Below are positions 32,470 through 45,189 of a stretch of 64,000 bases of DNA, piece after piece. The stretch spans positions 92,117 through 156,116 of the forward strand of contig JAQUSJ010000002.1 in assembly GCA_028715175.1 (NCBI GenBank), written 5' to 3'. Made by a program: the position numbers and the translations under genes. Source of the DNA: Candidatus Daviesbacteria bacterium. GTDB taxonomy: Bacteria > Patescibacteriota > Microgenomatia > Daviesbacterales > UBA10151. A model generated the notes under the pieces. The model did not search any database. It was not told the DNA's origin and was given only the letters and a program-made list of their open reading frames with translations. Position 1 is the first letter of the stretch. Every line of letters starts with the position of its first letter.

Positions 32470-32525
32470 CCATGGTCACCTTACTTTCTTTAAAGATGAA
32501 AATATTATACTATAATCACTGCTAT

Positions 32526-33083
32526 TTACCAACAGCCGGAGATCGGCGAGGAATAAAGACCCCATGACCAAATACCTGTACCATCCACTTTCGAGCAATC
32601 CGAACCTCCGTCTCTGGCCGGGCTAATCAGATTTTTCTGGCTTTGATAATCATTAGAACTAAATTCTGCTATACTATGATCTAGTATTGTATAGTCAGCA
32701 CCATTGGATCTATAAATGTAACAGCTTGCACTAGTGTCTTTATTCATTGAAGGATCCTGGGGGAAACCAGGCATATAGTTGGGAACAAAGCTGGGATAAC
32801 CTACGGGATTAGGAACAACTTGATCAGCAGCATAACCACCCCAACTGCTGCATTCTGACCTCCATCCGGTATCTGTACCCAAAGTCACTACCGGATAAGT
32901 TTTATTAACCGAATAATAAACCTCTAGAGCAGTTTGAATGGCTTTTAAATCCTGGGTTCTTTTGGCTGCCCTGGCGCTTTTTTGGACACCGCTATATATA
33001 ACTAGACCAACTGTGGATAAAATAGCAATAATTGAAATAACAATCAAAAGTTCAACCAAAGTAAACCCGCGGGCAGATTTCAT
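32526..33083 (-). CDS. Type IV pilin / pseudopilin (prepilin N-terminal methylation motif)
   Basis: MKSARGFTLVELLIVISIIAILSTVGLVIY: class III signal, G|FTLVE. Confidence 0.7.
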   Translation of the reverse strand: MKSARGFTLVELLIVISIIAILSTVGLVIYSGVQKSARAAKRTQDLKAIQTALEVYYSVNKTYPVVTLGTDTGWRSECSSWGGYAADQVVPNPVGYPSFVPNYMPGFPQDPSMNKDTSASCYIYRSNGADYTILDHSIAEFSSNDYQSQKNLISPARDGGSDCSKVDGTGIWSWGLYSSPISGCW

Positions 33084-33140
33084 AAGCTATATATTAAGTA
33101 TTACTTATTCAGAAAGCTAAAGTCAAAACAATAATAAAAA

Positions 33141-33260
33141 TCCCGGCAGTGAGGTATTTTCACATAACCTTGCGGATATATTATCGTCCCCGCTGAAGTG
33201 TTTGACGACTGAGTTCGGGATGGGATCAGGTCGGACCACTTCGCTCAAATCACCGAGGGT
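33141..33260 (-). rRNA. rrf: 5S rRNA
   Basis: Reverse complement contains CCGAACTCAG...GGTCCGACCTGATCCCATCCCGAACTCAGTCG, aligning to bacterial 5S; about 120 nt. Confidence 0.6.
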
Positions 33261-33314
33261 TACATTATATGACAGATGGAACCAACAGGTCAAATAGGAG
33301 ATTTGCCGGTAGTG

Positions 33315-33806
33315 TTATCTGCCTCCTTCATAATCATACCTGTACATAGTCCTGCCTGCTTCATTTACCGTACCAACATATTTTATCGTTTGATTTTGAT
33401 CATCTCTATTTTCTAAGCGAAATTCTATATTATAAGTATTATTGGCAAGCCTGAGATAGCAAAAATCAGGTCCGCCTGGAGATGAGGGTTCCAGTGGATC
33501 ATGAGGAAGATCTTTTATATGCACAGGCACTAAACCGGTAATATAGCTTGAGGTCCAACTGCTGCAACAGACCCAATTCGGGTCGTTTGGATACTTCCCA
33601 TTTATACTATTGTACGCTTCTAAAGCAATGTTCAAATCACGAAGACTAGACAAACGGTAAGTATCCCTGCTTTTGCTTTGGATGCCACCATAAACAATCA
33701 AACCAATTGTAGACAAAATAGCAATGATGGAGATAACTACCAGCAGTTCAACCATGGTAAAACCATGTTTACACCGGGTATAATCCAGATGAGCAGATTT
33801 ATTCAT
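33315..33806 (-). CDS. Type IV pilin (prepilin N-terminal methylation motif), located between 23S and 5S
   Basis: GFTMVELLVVISIIAILSTIGLIVY. Confidence 0.7.
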   Translation of the reverse strand: MNKSAHLDYTRCKHGFTMVELLVVISIIAILSTIGLIVYGGIQSKSRDTYRLSSLRDLNIALEAYNSINGKYPNDPNWVCCSSWTSSYITGLVPVHIKDLPHDPLEPSSPGGPDFCYLRLANNTYNIEFRLENRDDQNQTIKYVGTVNEAGRTMYRYDYEGGR

Positions 33807-34420
33807 GCCCTGAATATATCATTTACACCCTGAAATGTGAATACGGTCCGGCTTTGCCGGAGAAGGCTCAACTGCCCAACTTCGCTCAAAGAGCTATGTC
33901 GGGCAAAGCAAAAAAATCTCAACGTCGACCATTAGTATTGGTAGGCTAAATACCTTACAGCACTTACACCGCCAACCTATCTTCCGAGGTTAGTCGGAAC
34001 GACTATGCGTTAGCATAATCAACCTGGTAGTCTACCAGGGGTCTAAAAAGATACCTCATCTTGGGGTCTGCTTCGTGTTTAGATGCTTTCAGCACTTATC
34101 AGTTAGAAACGTAGCTACCCTGCGCTGCCACTGTAGTGACAACAGGCACACTAGAGGTTTCCTCATTTCGGTCCTCTCGTACTAGAAATAACTCCCCTCA
34201 AGTATCAAAACGCCCATACTGGATAGAGTCCGACATTATTGTAATCCGCCAACTGGCGGAGCTTGCTAGTTTCTTTTTCCTGCAAGCTCTCCGATTCGCA
34301 TCGGAGGTCCGACCATATCTTGCACGTTCATGTAAACTGAACGTACTCTAGCGTATGGCCTGTGAGGATTCTAGATTTCAGAAAACTCTGAATAACTCAG
34401 TTTGCCTGAGTATCAGATAA

Positions 34421-34789
34421 TCAGAAAATTCCTCCAGATTGCCAGTGAGTATGTAAAGAATTTATCCTTTTTGACAATACCTTATATCTTCCAGCTAAAT
34501 TTTTAGCTTCTAAAAATAGTTTAGGTTGTACTATTGCAATCATTCTTAGATGAGTTATCACCTCATCACTAGAACCTATCGCAATTTTTAGGAATCTTTT
34601 AAATTCTTTATCTGAAACCCGTTTAGCAAATCCTTCAGATATATTTGAAGCTATTGATTTACCTGATCGTTTAACTTGTAAAACCAAATCATATTCTGAT
34701 TTTGGCAATTTCTTGGTTAAATTATATAAGTCAGGTAATAGCTTCAGGGACTCTATGTAAACCTCCAAATCAGAAACATCTTTGATCAT
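34421..34789 (-). CDS. Four-helix-bundle protein (23S rRNA intervening-sequence protein family), encoded inside a 23S insertion near E. coli position ~2593
   Basis: LP..EYDLVLQVKRSGKSIASNISEGFAKRVSDKEFKRFLKIAIGSSDEVITHL matches the S23-ribosomal / four-helix-bundle consensus. Confidence 0.65.
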   Translation of the reverse strand: MIKDVSDLEVYIESLKLLPDLYNLTKKLPKSEYDLVLQVKRSGKSIASNISEGFAKRVSDKEFKRFLKIAIGSSDEVITHLRMIAIVQPKLFLEAKNLAGRYKVLSKRINSLHTHWQSGGIF

Positions 34790-35220
34790 TATTTTATCTT
34801 AACAGATCTTCTGACATTCTGAATTTCTGATCTACTGAGTCTTTCTGAGTAATTCCGAAGTCTAGTCTTTCCTGCTGATTATCTTGCTCCTTTATCCTAG
34901 GATGGATAACCATTTTCACTAGTATATAAATACTACACTAGTAGATTATCATTTACAAGACGTTCCAGCATATAGCTAGATTTTGTATCTCCATATTAGA
35001 TTTTTGACAAAAAGATTTTTCAAAATTCTCGAAGGTTAAAACGTCGATGGAGAAAGACAGTTCTTCTCTAAAAGCTGTCTTACGACGCTCTGAACCCAGC
35101 TCGCGTACCGCTTTAACTGGCGAACAGCCAGACCCTTCCCACCTACTTCAGCAGGAGGATGCGATGAGCCGACATCGAGGTGCCGAACCTTGCCGTCCTT
35201 GTGGACTGTAGGGCAAGACT

Positions 35221-35251
<31 letters not shown>

Positions 35252-35568
35252 ATAAGCCCTGACGCTCCCACGAGCCATCAGGGGATCATTAAGACCTACT
35301 TTCGTATTAGCTCGACATGTACGTCTCGCTATTAAGCACACTCTATACCTTTACGCTTGATGCGCGATTTCCTTACGCGCTAAGTGTACCTTAGTACCCC
35401 TCCGTTACTTTTTTGGAGGGAACCGCCCCAGTTAAACTGCCCGCCAGACCTTGTCCCAAACCCTGTTTTTATAAGGGTTAAGGTGAGACCTAAATTCAAA
35501 AAAGAGAGGTGTTTCATTGTTGCCGAAGCTCCCTCCTACGCTACACAATTTTAAATTTAAATCAGGGT

Positions 35569-35604
<36 letters not shown>

Positions 35605-35758
35605 AAGTATGGGAAGGCCGCATCTTCACAGCCATTGCAATTTCGCCGGGTCTATCCTCAAGACAGTCGCTAAGTCGTTCAACCTTTCGTGCGGGTCTGA
35701 ACTCACCAGACAAGGAACTTCGCTCAATTATGTTGCTGTGACAATCTAATCGTCACAT

Positions 35759-36289
35759 CTACACATCGCTGTGTAGTTCGGACTCTATCTTCTCTGGACC
35801 TTCCAGAGTTCGACGTATTAGTCTCTGAGGATTCTTAAGATCTCTAAAACTTTGTAAACCGTCTGCTGTTAAGTGTAGATTACTTAATTTCATCTCCACT
35901 GCTTTACAAAAAGTTTCAAAATCATTTTTCTTATAAGTTAGTAGTTTGTTTGCTTTAAAAAAAGGAATAATCTTTTCGCTTAAATCTTTCGTAGAACGAA
36001 CGCAATAGCGGTAGATATTTTCTTTATGGTTATCATAGCGTCTATTTACATAGATTGCTCCGCATCCAAAAAAGTCTTTGATGATTTGTAAACTATCTAA
36101 ACTTTTCTGGCCTTGTGTAACCACAAATTCAGGCATTACCTGAAATCCGCTTTTGGTTGTTCTATTTTTAAAGATAGAAACTGAAAAGCATCCTTCTCCA
36201 TCCACAAAACCAACTATCCAACTTGAGATCCTAAGTCTTTCCTGCTGATTGTCTGCACCGGATACATTTTTAGTTGAAATTTTAGGCAT
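35759..36289 (-). CDS. LAGLIDADG homing endonuclease, encoded in a 23S rRNA intron (site ~1931)
   Basis: WIVGFVDGEGCFSV LAGLIDADG-type motif; 176 aa; flanked by 23S exon sequence on both sides. Confidence 0.75.
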   Translation of the reverse strand: MPKISTKNVSGADNQQERLRISSWIVGFVDGEGCFSVSIFKNRTTKSGFQVMPEFVVTQGQKSLDSLQIIKDFFGCGAIYVNRRYDNHKENIYRYCVRSTKDLSEKIIPFFKANKLLTYKKNDFETFCKAVEMKLSNLHLTADGLQSFRDLKNPQRLIRRTLEGPEKIESELHSDV

Positions 36290-37206
36290 TAATCCAGTAT
36301 TACCCGAATCTTACCCAAATGTCAACTAGTACCGGATACGCCAGATTTTCCAGCATATAGTCAAATTCTAAAAACACACCACCATCTGAGGCTTTGAAAT
36401 TCCAAAACCATAGAACAGTTATAGTTACTGCTGCCGTTCACCAGATCTTAGGCCCCAGGCTCATTCCGCCTTACGGCGGAAGTCACTTGAGACAGTAAAT
36501 TACTGGCACTGGGCAGGTGTCAGCCCCTATACATCATCTTTCGATTTAGCAGGGACCTGTGTTTTTGTTAAACAGTCGCTTAGCGTCTTTTGTTGTAATC
36601 AGGCTTACGCCTGACAGGACATCTCCCAAAGGTTACGTCCAGCTTTCGTTGCCGAGTTCCTTAAGGATAGTTCTCCCGATCGCCTTTGTATACTCAACTC
36701 GCCCACCTGTGTCGGTTTACGGTACGGTTAAAATTATTCTCTTACACGAGTATTTTCCTGGAAACAGAAAAATATCTTGTTACCTCATCGTAACTCGATT
36801 TTGTAGTCCGACAGATTACTCCATCGGACTAAGTCGAAATCTCGACTTGGAAGCGGATTTACCAACCTCCACTACCTTGTTACTTAATCCCGAACATGTC
36901 GGGAAAGATTTTTCCCACTTCGTCAACCCTTGAAAGCTCCTTCGACCCCGATAAATCGGGACTCAGGACTTGTCAGAATAACTCTAATACAGGAATTTTA
37001 ACCTGTAATCCATCGGCTAATCCGCTTGTTGCGGGCTCACCTTAGGACCGATTAACCCCCGACCGATTAACGTTGTCGGGGAAACCTTGGGCATTCGGCG
37101 ATAACGTTTCTCACGTTAATACGCTACTCATACCGGCATTCTCACTTCTATACAGTCCACCTCGCCTTACGGCGGGGATTCACTCCATATAGAACGCTCC
37201 TCTACC

Positions 37207-37312
37207 GCACTCACGCTCCGCGTGAGAGTTATTAGTTATGAGTTCATAGTTCATAGAAAATTACTACGAACTACCAACTACGAACTACCAACTCTCGTGC
37301 GAAGCACGAGTA
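37207..37312 (-). repeat. 23S IVS cassette 1: CACGCTCCGCGTGAGAG ... CTCTCGTGCGAAGCACGAG flanks around a TTCATAG/CGAACTAC repeat hairpin
   Basis: The same 17-19-nt flanks as IVS cassette 2; inserted in 23S. Confidence 0.6.
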
Positions 37313-37924
37313 CCCAAAGCTTCGGTAGCAAGTTTAGCCCCGATTAATTGTCGGCGCCTTCACCCGTAGTAGACCAGTGAGCTGTTACGCTATCTTTAAA
37401 AGGTGGCTGCTTCTAAGCCAACTTCCTGGCTGTCTAAGGATAAAGACTACCTTTAACACTTAACTTGCATTTAGGGACCTTAGCTGTTGGTCTGGGTTGT
37501 TTCCCTTGAGACCGCTCCGCTTAGCCGGATCGGACTGACTCTGAAGTTAACATTGCAGTATTCGGAGTTTGATTGGTCCCGATGACTTGCGTCACCGAGG
37601 ACCATCCAGTGCTCTACCCCTGCAATTAAAACTTTCAGGCTATACCTAGATATATTTCGAGGAGAACCAGCTATCTCCGAGTTCGTTAGGCATATCACCT
37701 CTAACCACATCTCATCCCAAGTTATTGATACAACAACGGGTTCGGGCCTCCTCCGGCATTTCTGCCGGGTTCACCCTGGACATGGATAGCTCACTCGGTT
37801 TCGGGTCTATCGCATCCTTAATAAAATCGGGCTATTAACCCTCGCTTTCACTACGCTTTCGCCACAGAATGGCTTAAGCAAAAAGGATACGGTAACTCAC
37901 CGGTTCATTCTTCAATAGGCACGC

Positions 37925-38042
37925 GATCCTCACGCTCCGCGTGAGAGTCTCCAGCTATCAGCTATCAGCTATCAGACAAGCGCAAAATGCGTTTTGTTTT
38001 GTCTGACGACTGACAGCTGACGACTGAAAGCTCTCGTGCGAA
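37925..38042 (-). repeat. 23S IVS cassette 2: same CACGCTCCGCGTGAGAG ... CTCTCGTGCGAAGCACGAG flanks, carrying a full family-A heptad palindromic element
   Basis: ccagctatcagctatcagctatcagac...gtctgacgactgacagctgacgactgaaagct lies between the flanks. Confidence 0.65.
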
Positions 38043-38106
38043 GCACGAGTTTCACTGCTTGTCAACATACGGTTTCAGGTACTATTTCACTGAGCGTTTC
38101 GCTCTT

Positions 38107-38146
<40 letters not shown>

Positions 38147-38812
38147 CGAAAGTATATTTAGCCTTAGCAAGTGGTCTTGCTGGATTCACACAGGATTACA
38201 CGTGTCCTGTGTTACTCAGGGATCGGATTGTGGTAGCTTAAATTTCGATTACGGGACTATCACCCTCTGTGGTGTCGCTTTCCAGCGACTTCTTCTATCC
38301 TCGCTACATCACGTATATCCGCCCTACAACCTCCGGCTTGCGCCGGATTTAGGCTGTTCCCTTTTCGCTCGCCGCTACTTGGGGAATAAACTATTGTTCT
38401 CTTTTCCTAGCCTTACTTAGATGTTTCAGTTCGGGCTGTACCCTCCGTTAACCTATGAATTCAGTTAACAGTTCCGGCAAAGCCGGATGGTTTTCCTATT
38501 CGGAAATCTTCGGATCAAAGCTTTTTGGCAGCTCCCCGAAGCTTATCGCAGCCTAATACGTCCTTCATCGGTACTTTCGACCAAGGCATCCACCGTATGC
38601 ATTATTGTTGAGTATTTTTTGGCTTGTAATCCCGCTTTTAGCGGGATAAATTGGCCTTCTTAATTTATCCGTATTCACATTTCAAAGTGCAAAAGTAGTG
38701 CTGAGCATGTTCGTGCGTTGCACTCACTTGAGTTCATAGAATCCTCTACCAACTACAAGTGAGCAAAGCTCACGAACTAATAACTCATAACTACGAAGCG
38801 AAGCTTCGTAAG

Positions 38813-38885
38813 TGGACCGTGGCGGGCTCGAACCGCCTACCTCTTCATTGCAAATGAAGTGTTCTACCAGCTGAACTAACGGCCC
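38813..38885 (-). tRNA. tRNA-Ala (TGC)
   Basis: Acceptor GGGCCGT/ACGGTCC with G3:U70; anticodon loop TTTGCAA; T-arm GGCGGTTCGAGCCCGCC. Directly upstream of 23S. Confidence 0.7.
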
Positions 38886-39120
38886 AATTTAGTTCATGGT
38901 ACGGCTCTCGCCTTCGGTTCACAGTTCACAGAAAAATCATATTACTATGAACTAATAACTATGAACTAATAACTTGTTAAAAAGAGGTATACAACGCTGG
39001 AAATCCGCCAGCCGGCGGATCCAGCTGGGAGGAATTATGTATTTAGTGCGTTGCTTCTCATTATGTGTGAATTAATCACCATCTGGAAGTTTATCAAAAA
39101 CGGGACTGCAATGTCAACAC

Positions 39121-40143
39121 TTACGCTTTGCCCACATTAATTACCTGTTCAATCAATCTATTTGAATACCCCCATTCATTATCATACCAGGCAAAAACTT
39201 TCACAAAATCCCCATCCACTACCTGGGTTAATCCCAAATCAACTATGGCTGACTCGCTCCTTCCCACAATATCGGCAGAAACTATTGGCTCATCAGTTAC
39301 AGCCATAATATTTTTTAGTTCTCCCTGACTTGCTTGCCTTAAAGCTTCATTAACTTCCTCCACCGTAACTTTTTTCTTGAGGAGAAAGGTAATATCGGAA
39401 ATTGACCCGACAATAATCGGCACCCTCATAGACATTCCGTCAAATAATCCTTTTAAAGCAGGGATTACCTCGGTTGTGGCAACTGCCGCACCTGTTGAGG
39501 TGGGAATCATATTCACTGCAGCAGCCCTGGCTCTTCTTAAATCTTTATGGGGCCCGTCCTGTAAAGACTGATCCTGGGTATAAGCATGGATTGTAGTCAT
39601 ATAGGCTTTTGCTATACCAAATTTATTATTGATTACATCAACAACAGGAGCAATGCAATTTGTGGTACAGGAGGCATTATTAACCAGTGTTTCTCCTTTA
39701 TAATCCTGGGCATTCACCCCGATCAAAAGTGTTTTTACTCCTTCGCCTTTGGCCGGAGCAGACAAAACCACTTTTTTGGCACCAGCCAAAAGATGCTGCT
39801 TCATACCCTCGGCATCAGTAAATTTGCCTGTTGACTCAATCACCACATCTACGTTTAGATCTTTCCATGGTAACCTGGCTGGTTCTTTTTCTTGATATAC
39901 TGTGTAGGGATTTTGATCTACTATGATATGTCCTGAGCCTGTCGAAGAATCATCTGATGAAACTTCGTGATCCCATACCCCATAAGCGCTGTCATATTTT
40001 AAAAGATGAGCTAAAGTGGCCGGAGAAGTTAAATCATTTATACCAACAATTTCAATTTCGTCGCTATGTTTTTCTATAGCAACCTTAAAAGCGCTTCTTC
40101 CTATTCTTCCAAAACCATTAACGGCAACACGTAGCATAATCAA
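39121..40143 (-). CDS. gap: Glyceraldehyde-3-phosphate dehydrogenase
   Basis: NGFGRIGR N-terminus; active site SCTTNC; WYDNEWGYS C-terminus. Confidence 0.9.
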   Translation of the reverse strand: MIMLRVAVNGFGRIGRSAFKVAIEKHSDEIEIVGINDLTSPATLAHLLKYDSAYGVWDHEVSSDDSSTGSGHIIVDQNPYTVYQEKEPARLPWKDLNVDVVIESTGKFTDAEGMKQHLLAGAKKVVLSAPAKGEGVKTLLIGVNAQDYKGETLVNNASCTTNCIAPVVDVINNKFGIAKAYMTTIHAYTQDQSLQDGPHKDLRRARAAAVNMIPTSTGAAVATTEVIPALKGLFDGMSMRVPIIVGSISDITFLLKKKVTVEEVNEALRQASQGELKNIMAVTDEPIVSADIVGRSESAIVDLGLTQVVDGDFVKVFAWYDNEWGYSNRLIEQVINVGKA

Positions 40144-40146
40144 ATA

Positions 40147-41229
40147 TTACGACAAAGCTTCTATTGTTGGCAAGGTCCCATCTGTTAAAAATTTTAACAT
40201 CGCCCCTCCGCCGGTTGAAATGAATCTGCTCGGCTTATCAGCCTTCGCATCTTCGCGCTCGCTATCGCTCGCACTAAAAGCTTTTTCTTCTACTTCAGAA
40301 AGTAATCCGTACTCTCTTAAGGCAGAAATAGTATCCCCACCTCCAATAATAACTTGTGCGCCTGAATCTAAAACCATTCGGGCTATCTTTTTAGTAGCAT
40401 CATTTTTGGGATCCTCAAACTTACCCAAGGGCCCGTTCCAGACTATCATCCGGCTTTGCCGGATAAGCCCGGCCCAGGCTGAAGTGGTTTGCGGAGCAAT
40501 ATCAAATCCATCCTCATTTAACATCCCAACCAGCACATTTTTGGGCAAACTTAAATTCTCTGTTCTTATCTCACTAATCAGCTTGCCACCCACCAAAACA
40601 GCGTCTGCTTTTTCTGCCAGAACTTTGATGACAGACAGTTTATCCGCAACTTTGGCTCCTCCCATGATTGCCACAAAAGGTTTTTTGGATCCGCCAGTTG
40701 GCGGATTCCTGACACCAGCTAAAACCCTAACTTCTTCTGCAAACCTTAAACCAGCATAGTGAGGTAAAAGTGTAGGTAAAATAGTGGTGGAAACAGCAGG
40801 TCTGTAAGAAGCAAATGCTTCATTAACAAACACATCACCCATATTTGCCAGTTCTTTAGCAAAACTTAAATCCCCGGCTTCCTCTCTGGGATCGAATCTT
40901 AAATTTTCCAGTAATTTTAGCTTCCCACTCGTCAAGTGGGAACGTAAACCTTGATCCTCAAACCACTGTTTGATAGGAGCTACTGATAGCTCCTCAACCG
41001 CTTTGCCTTCTGGTCTGCCAATATGCCCCATGACAATTGTCTCTTGAGCATTTTCCAAACACATTTTTAATGTTGGCAAGCCTGCTCTTAACCTAAAATC
41101 TTCAAGCACCACAAGATTCTGGTCTGATGACTGATGACTGATGACTGATGACTTTCCTATCGGGACATCTATATCTAAACGAAGTAAGACTTTTTTGCCG
41201 GAAACGAACTGAGGACTAATGATTTGCAT
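40147..41229 (-). CDS. pgk: Phosphoglycerate kinase (with short in-frame repeat-derived insertion VISHQSSDQ)
   Basis: RLDIDVP...; GGAKVADKL; ISTGGGAMLKFL. Confidence 0.9.
   Translation of the reverse strand: MQIISPQFVSGKKVLLRLDIDVPIGKSSVISHQSSDQNLVVLEDFRLRAGLPTLKMCLENAQETIVMGHIGRPEGKAVEELSVAPIKQWFEDQGLRSHLTSGKLKLLENLRFDPREEAGDLSFAKELANMGDVFVNEAFASYRPAVSTTILPTLLPHYAGLRFAEEVRVLAGVRNPPTGGSKKPFVAIMGGAKVADKLSVIKVLAEKADAVLVGGKLISEIRTENLSLPKNVLVGMLNEDGFDIAPQTTSAWAGLIRQSRMIVWNGPLGKFEDPKNDATKKIARMVLDSGAQVIIGGGDTISALREYGLLSEVEEKAFSASDSEREDAKADKPSRFISTGGGAMLKFLTDGTLPTIEALS
41121..41162. repeat. Family-A half-element (GACTGAT heptads x4) in frame in pgk
   Basis: gtctgatgactgatgactgatgactgatgac, encoding VISHQSSDQ. 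Confidence 0.6.
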
Positions 41230-41269
41230 AAAGTTATCTTATCATAATAAACCACATCAACTTCTTAAT

Positions 41270-41698
41270 TTATTCATCAAAAAAATTCTGGCCTGTTTTT
41301 AGGGCTTGCAGATAAGAACGAGTTGTTTCAAAAAGAGGCTTTGGTAAATTATCAAATTCATACCATTGCCATCCTTCTATTTTTGCAGGTTCTAAAACTT
41401 TAGGGATACCTGATTTCCACTCCGCTGTCAGACCAATATCAACGTAGTGTTTACCTTTGTACCTTTTGAGATTATAAAGACGCAAGAATTTGACATTTTT
41501 AATCTTAATCCCTGCTTCCTCCAGACATTCTCTTTTGGCGCATTCAATTATTGATTCCCCAAATTCCAAATGTCCACCCGGAAAGGCATATTCTCCTGCT
41601 CCGTGCGAACCTGTTCTTTTACCGAGCAAGACTTTACCGTTTTTAAAAACTAACACTCCAATTCCAACTTTTACTTGAGAATTATTTTTAAAAACCAT
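41270..41698 (-). CDS. Nudix hydrolase
   Basis: Nudix box GGHLEFGESIIECAKRECLEEAGI. Confidence 0.75.
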   Translation of the reverse strand: MVFKNNSQVKVGIGVLVFKNGKVLLGKRTGSHGAGEYAFPGGHLEFGESIIECAKRECLEEAGIKIKNVKFLRLYNLKRYKGKHYVDIGLTAEWKSGIPKVLEPAKIEGWQWYEFDNLPKPLFETTRSYLQALKTGQNFFDE

Positions 41699-41705
41699 TT
41701 TGTAG

Positions 41706-41777
41706 TGGGCGGTAATGGTGTCGAACCATTGACCTCTTACTTATCAGATAAGCGCTCTACCGCTGAGCTAACCGCCC
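41706..41777 (-). tRNA. tRNA-Ile (GAT)
   Basis: GGGCGGTTAGCTCAGCGGTAGAGCGCTTATCTGATAAGTAAG...GGTTCGACACCATTACCGCCC; anticodon loop CTGATAA. Confidence 0.7.
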
Positions 41778-41801
41778 AAACTCAAATATTTTATCAGATC
41801 G

Positions 41802-41875
41802 GAGGCCACGATCGGACTTGCACCGATGAATCGCGGTTTTGCAGACCGCTCCCTTAGCTACTTGGGTACGTGGCC
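41802..41875 (-). tRNA. tRNA-Cys (GCA)
   Basis: GGCCACGTACCCAAGT...GCGGTCTGCAAAACCGC...GGTGCAAGTCCGATCGTGGCC; anticodon GCA. Confidence 0.55.
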
Positions 41876-42485
41876 AAGCATACTGTATTTTAGCATAGAA
41901 GAGATTATAGAGAAAAGATTAATTTTTAGAAAACGAGGTAAGCTTGGTTAAAGGCGAGAGACGTTCTTCAGGTCCTGGAATCTCATATGGACAACGCTCT
42001 GCTGATCTCTCAACTGGAGGCGTCTTTCCCTGCCACCAACCTATTATCCCATCTATTAGCCGATGTAGGAAATTTTGCTTTAATGGAATCCGACCTAATA
42101 GAAACGATCTGGGTGACCTATTTACCAAAAGTTTTGCAGAGTGTTCTACAGAATTTAAGCCATAAAACGGCCTCTTCTGCTGCTCTACTCCCAAATCAGG
42201 AAGACTGGTGATATCTGTTCTCTCCATAGGTACACAAAAGTCTAGAGATTTAGACAGAGACCAAGACTCTGGTGATGTACTCATACTTTAAAATAATAAT
42301 TAATACCAAAAGAGTGGTGGGGATAGTGATCATCCCGATTGACTATCAGGATAGCGCGCTATCACGCTTTTCGCCTACCATTCAATAGGCATTTGTCCGG
42401 TCGTGAGACCGAGACTGGATCAAATCCGCGCTTTACCCTGCACCGAATGGTGCGCGGGAATCATCAGATTTGAACAAAACTCCAG

Positions 42486-44800
<2,315 letters not shown>

Positions 44801-45030
44801 AAAAAAAATTGACAAAATCAATTTTTTAGTTCGTAGTACGTCCGCTTTCGGCGGACTTTAGTTCATAGTTAGTAGAATTTCTACGAACTACGAACTCATA
44901 ACTCCGAACTAATTAACCCACCACTCTTTTAGGTATTAAAAATCCGGCTATCGCCGGACTAATTTTACCGAAGAGTAGTATAAAAAAATCTTCGGTTGTT
45001 AATGTGCATTTTTGAGTAGTATTATTTAGT

Positions 45031-45108
45031 AGCTGTCAGTCTTCAGCTATCAGCTTTCAGACTTTCTTGCGATTGTCTGACGACTGACGACTTAGTACTG
45101 ACGACTAT
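45031..45108. repeat. Family-A element between the 45190 gene end and the 16S 5' leader
   Basis: tagctgtcagtcttcagctatcagctttcagac-tttcttgcgatt-gtctgacgactgacgacttagtactgacgactattc. Confidence 0.8.
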
Positions 45109-45189
45109 TCTCTAACTTTCTCCTTTTTACCCACAAAAAAACTAACTCTTTGTGAGTATTTGTATTTTAACTCCACTCCTTTGCTTCTG

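Noticed and set aside
37953-37985. Tandem ctatcag repeats (agctatcagctatcagctatcag) that look superficially like short direct repeats of an array
   Set aside because: These are 7-nt heptads within one arm of a palindromic element, with no spacers of constant length. No CRISPR-like repeat-spacer array or cas gene exists anywhere in the window.
41919-42284. Minus-strand 121-aa ORF, overlapping plus ORFs, and a tRNA-like segment at ~42370-42460 between tRNA-Cys and the 16S 3' end
   Set aside because: The region looks like a structured 16S trailer or processing stem (several local palindromes such as GATAGCGCGCTATC). No clean cloverleaf or protein motif could be supported by eye.
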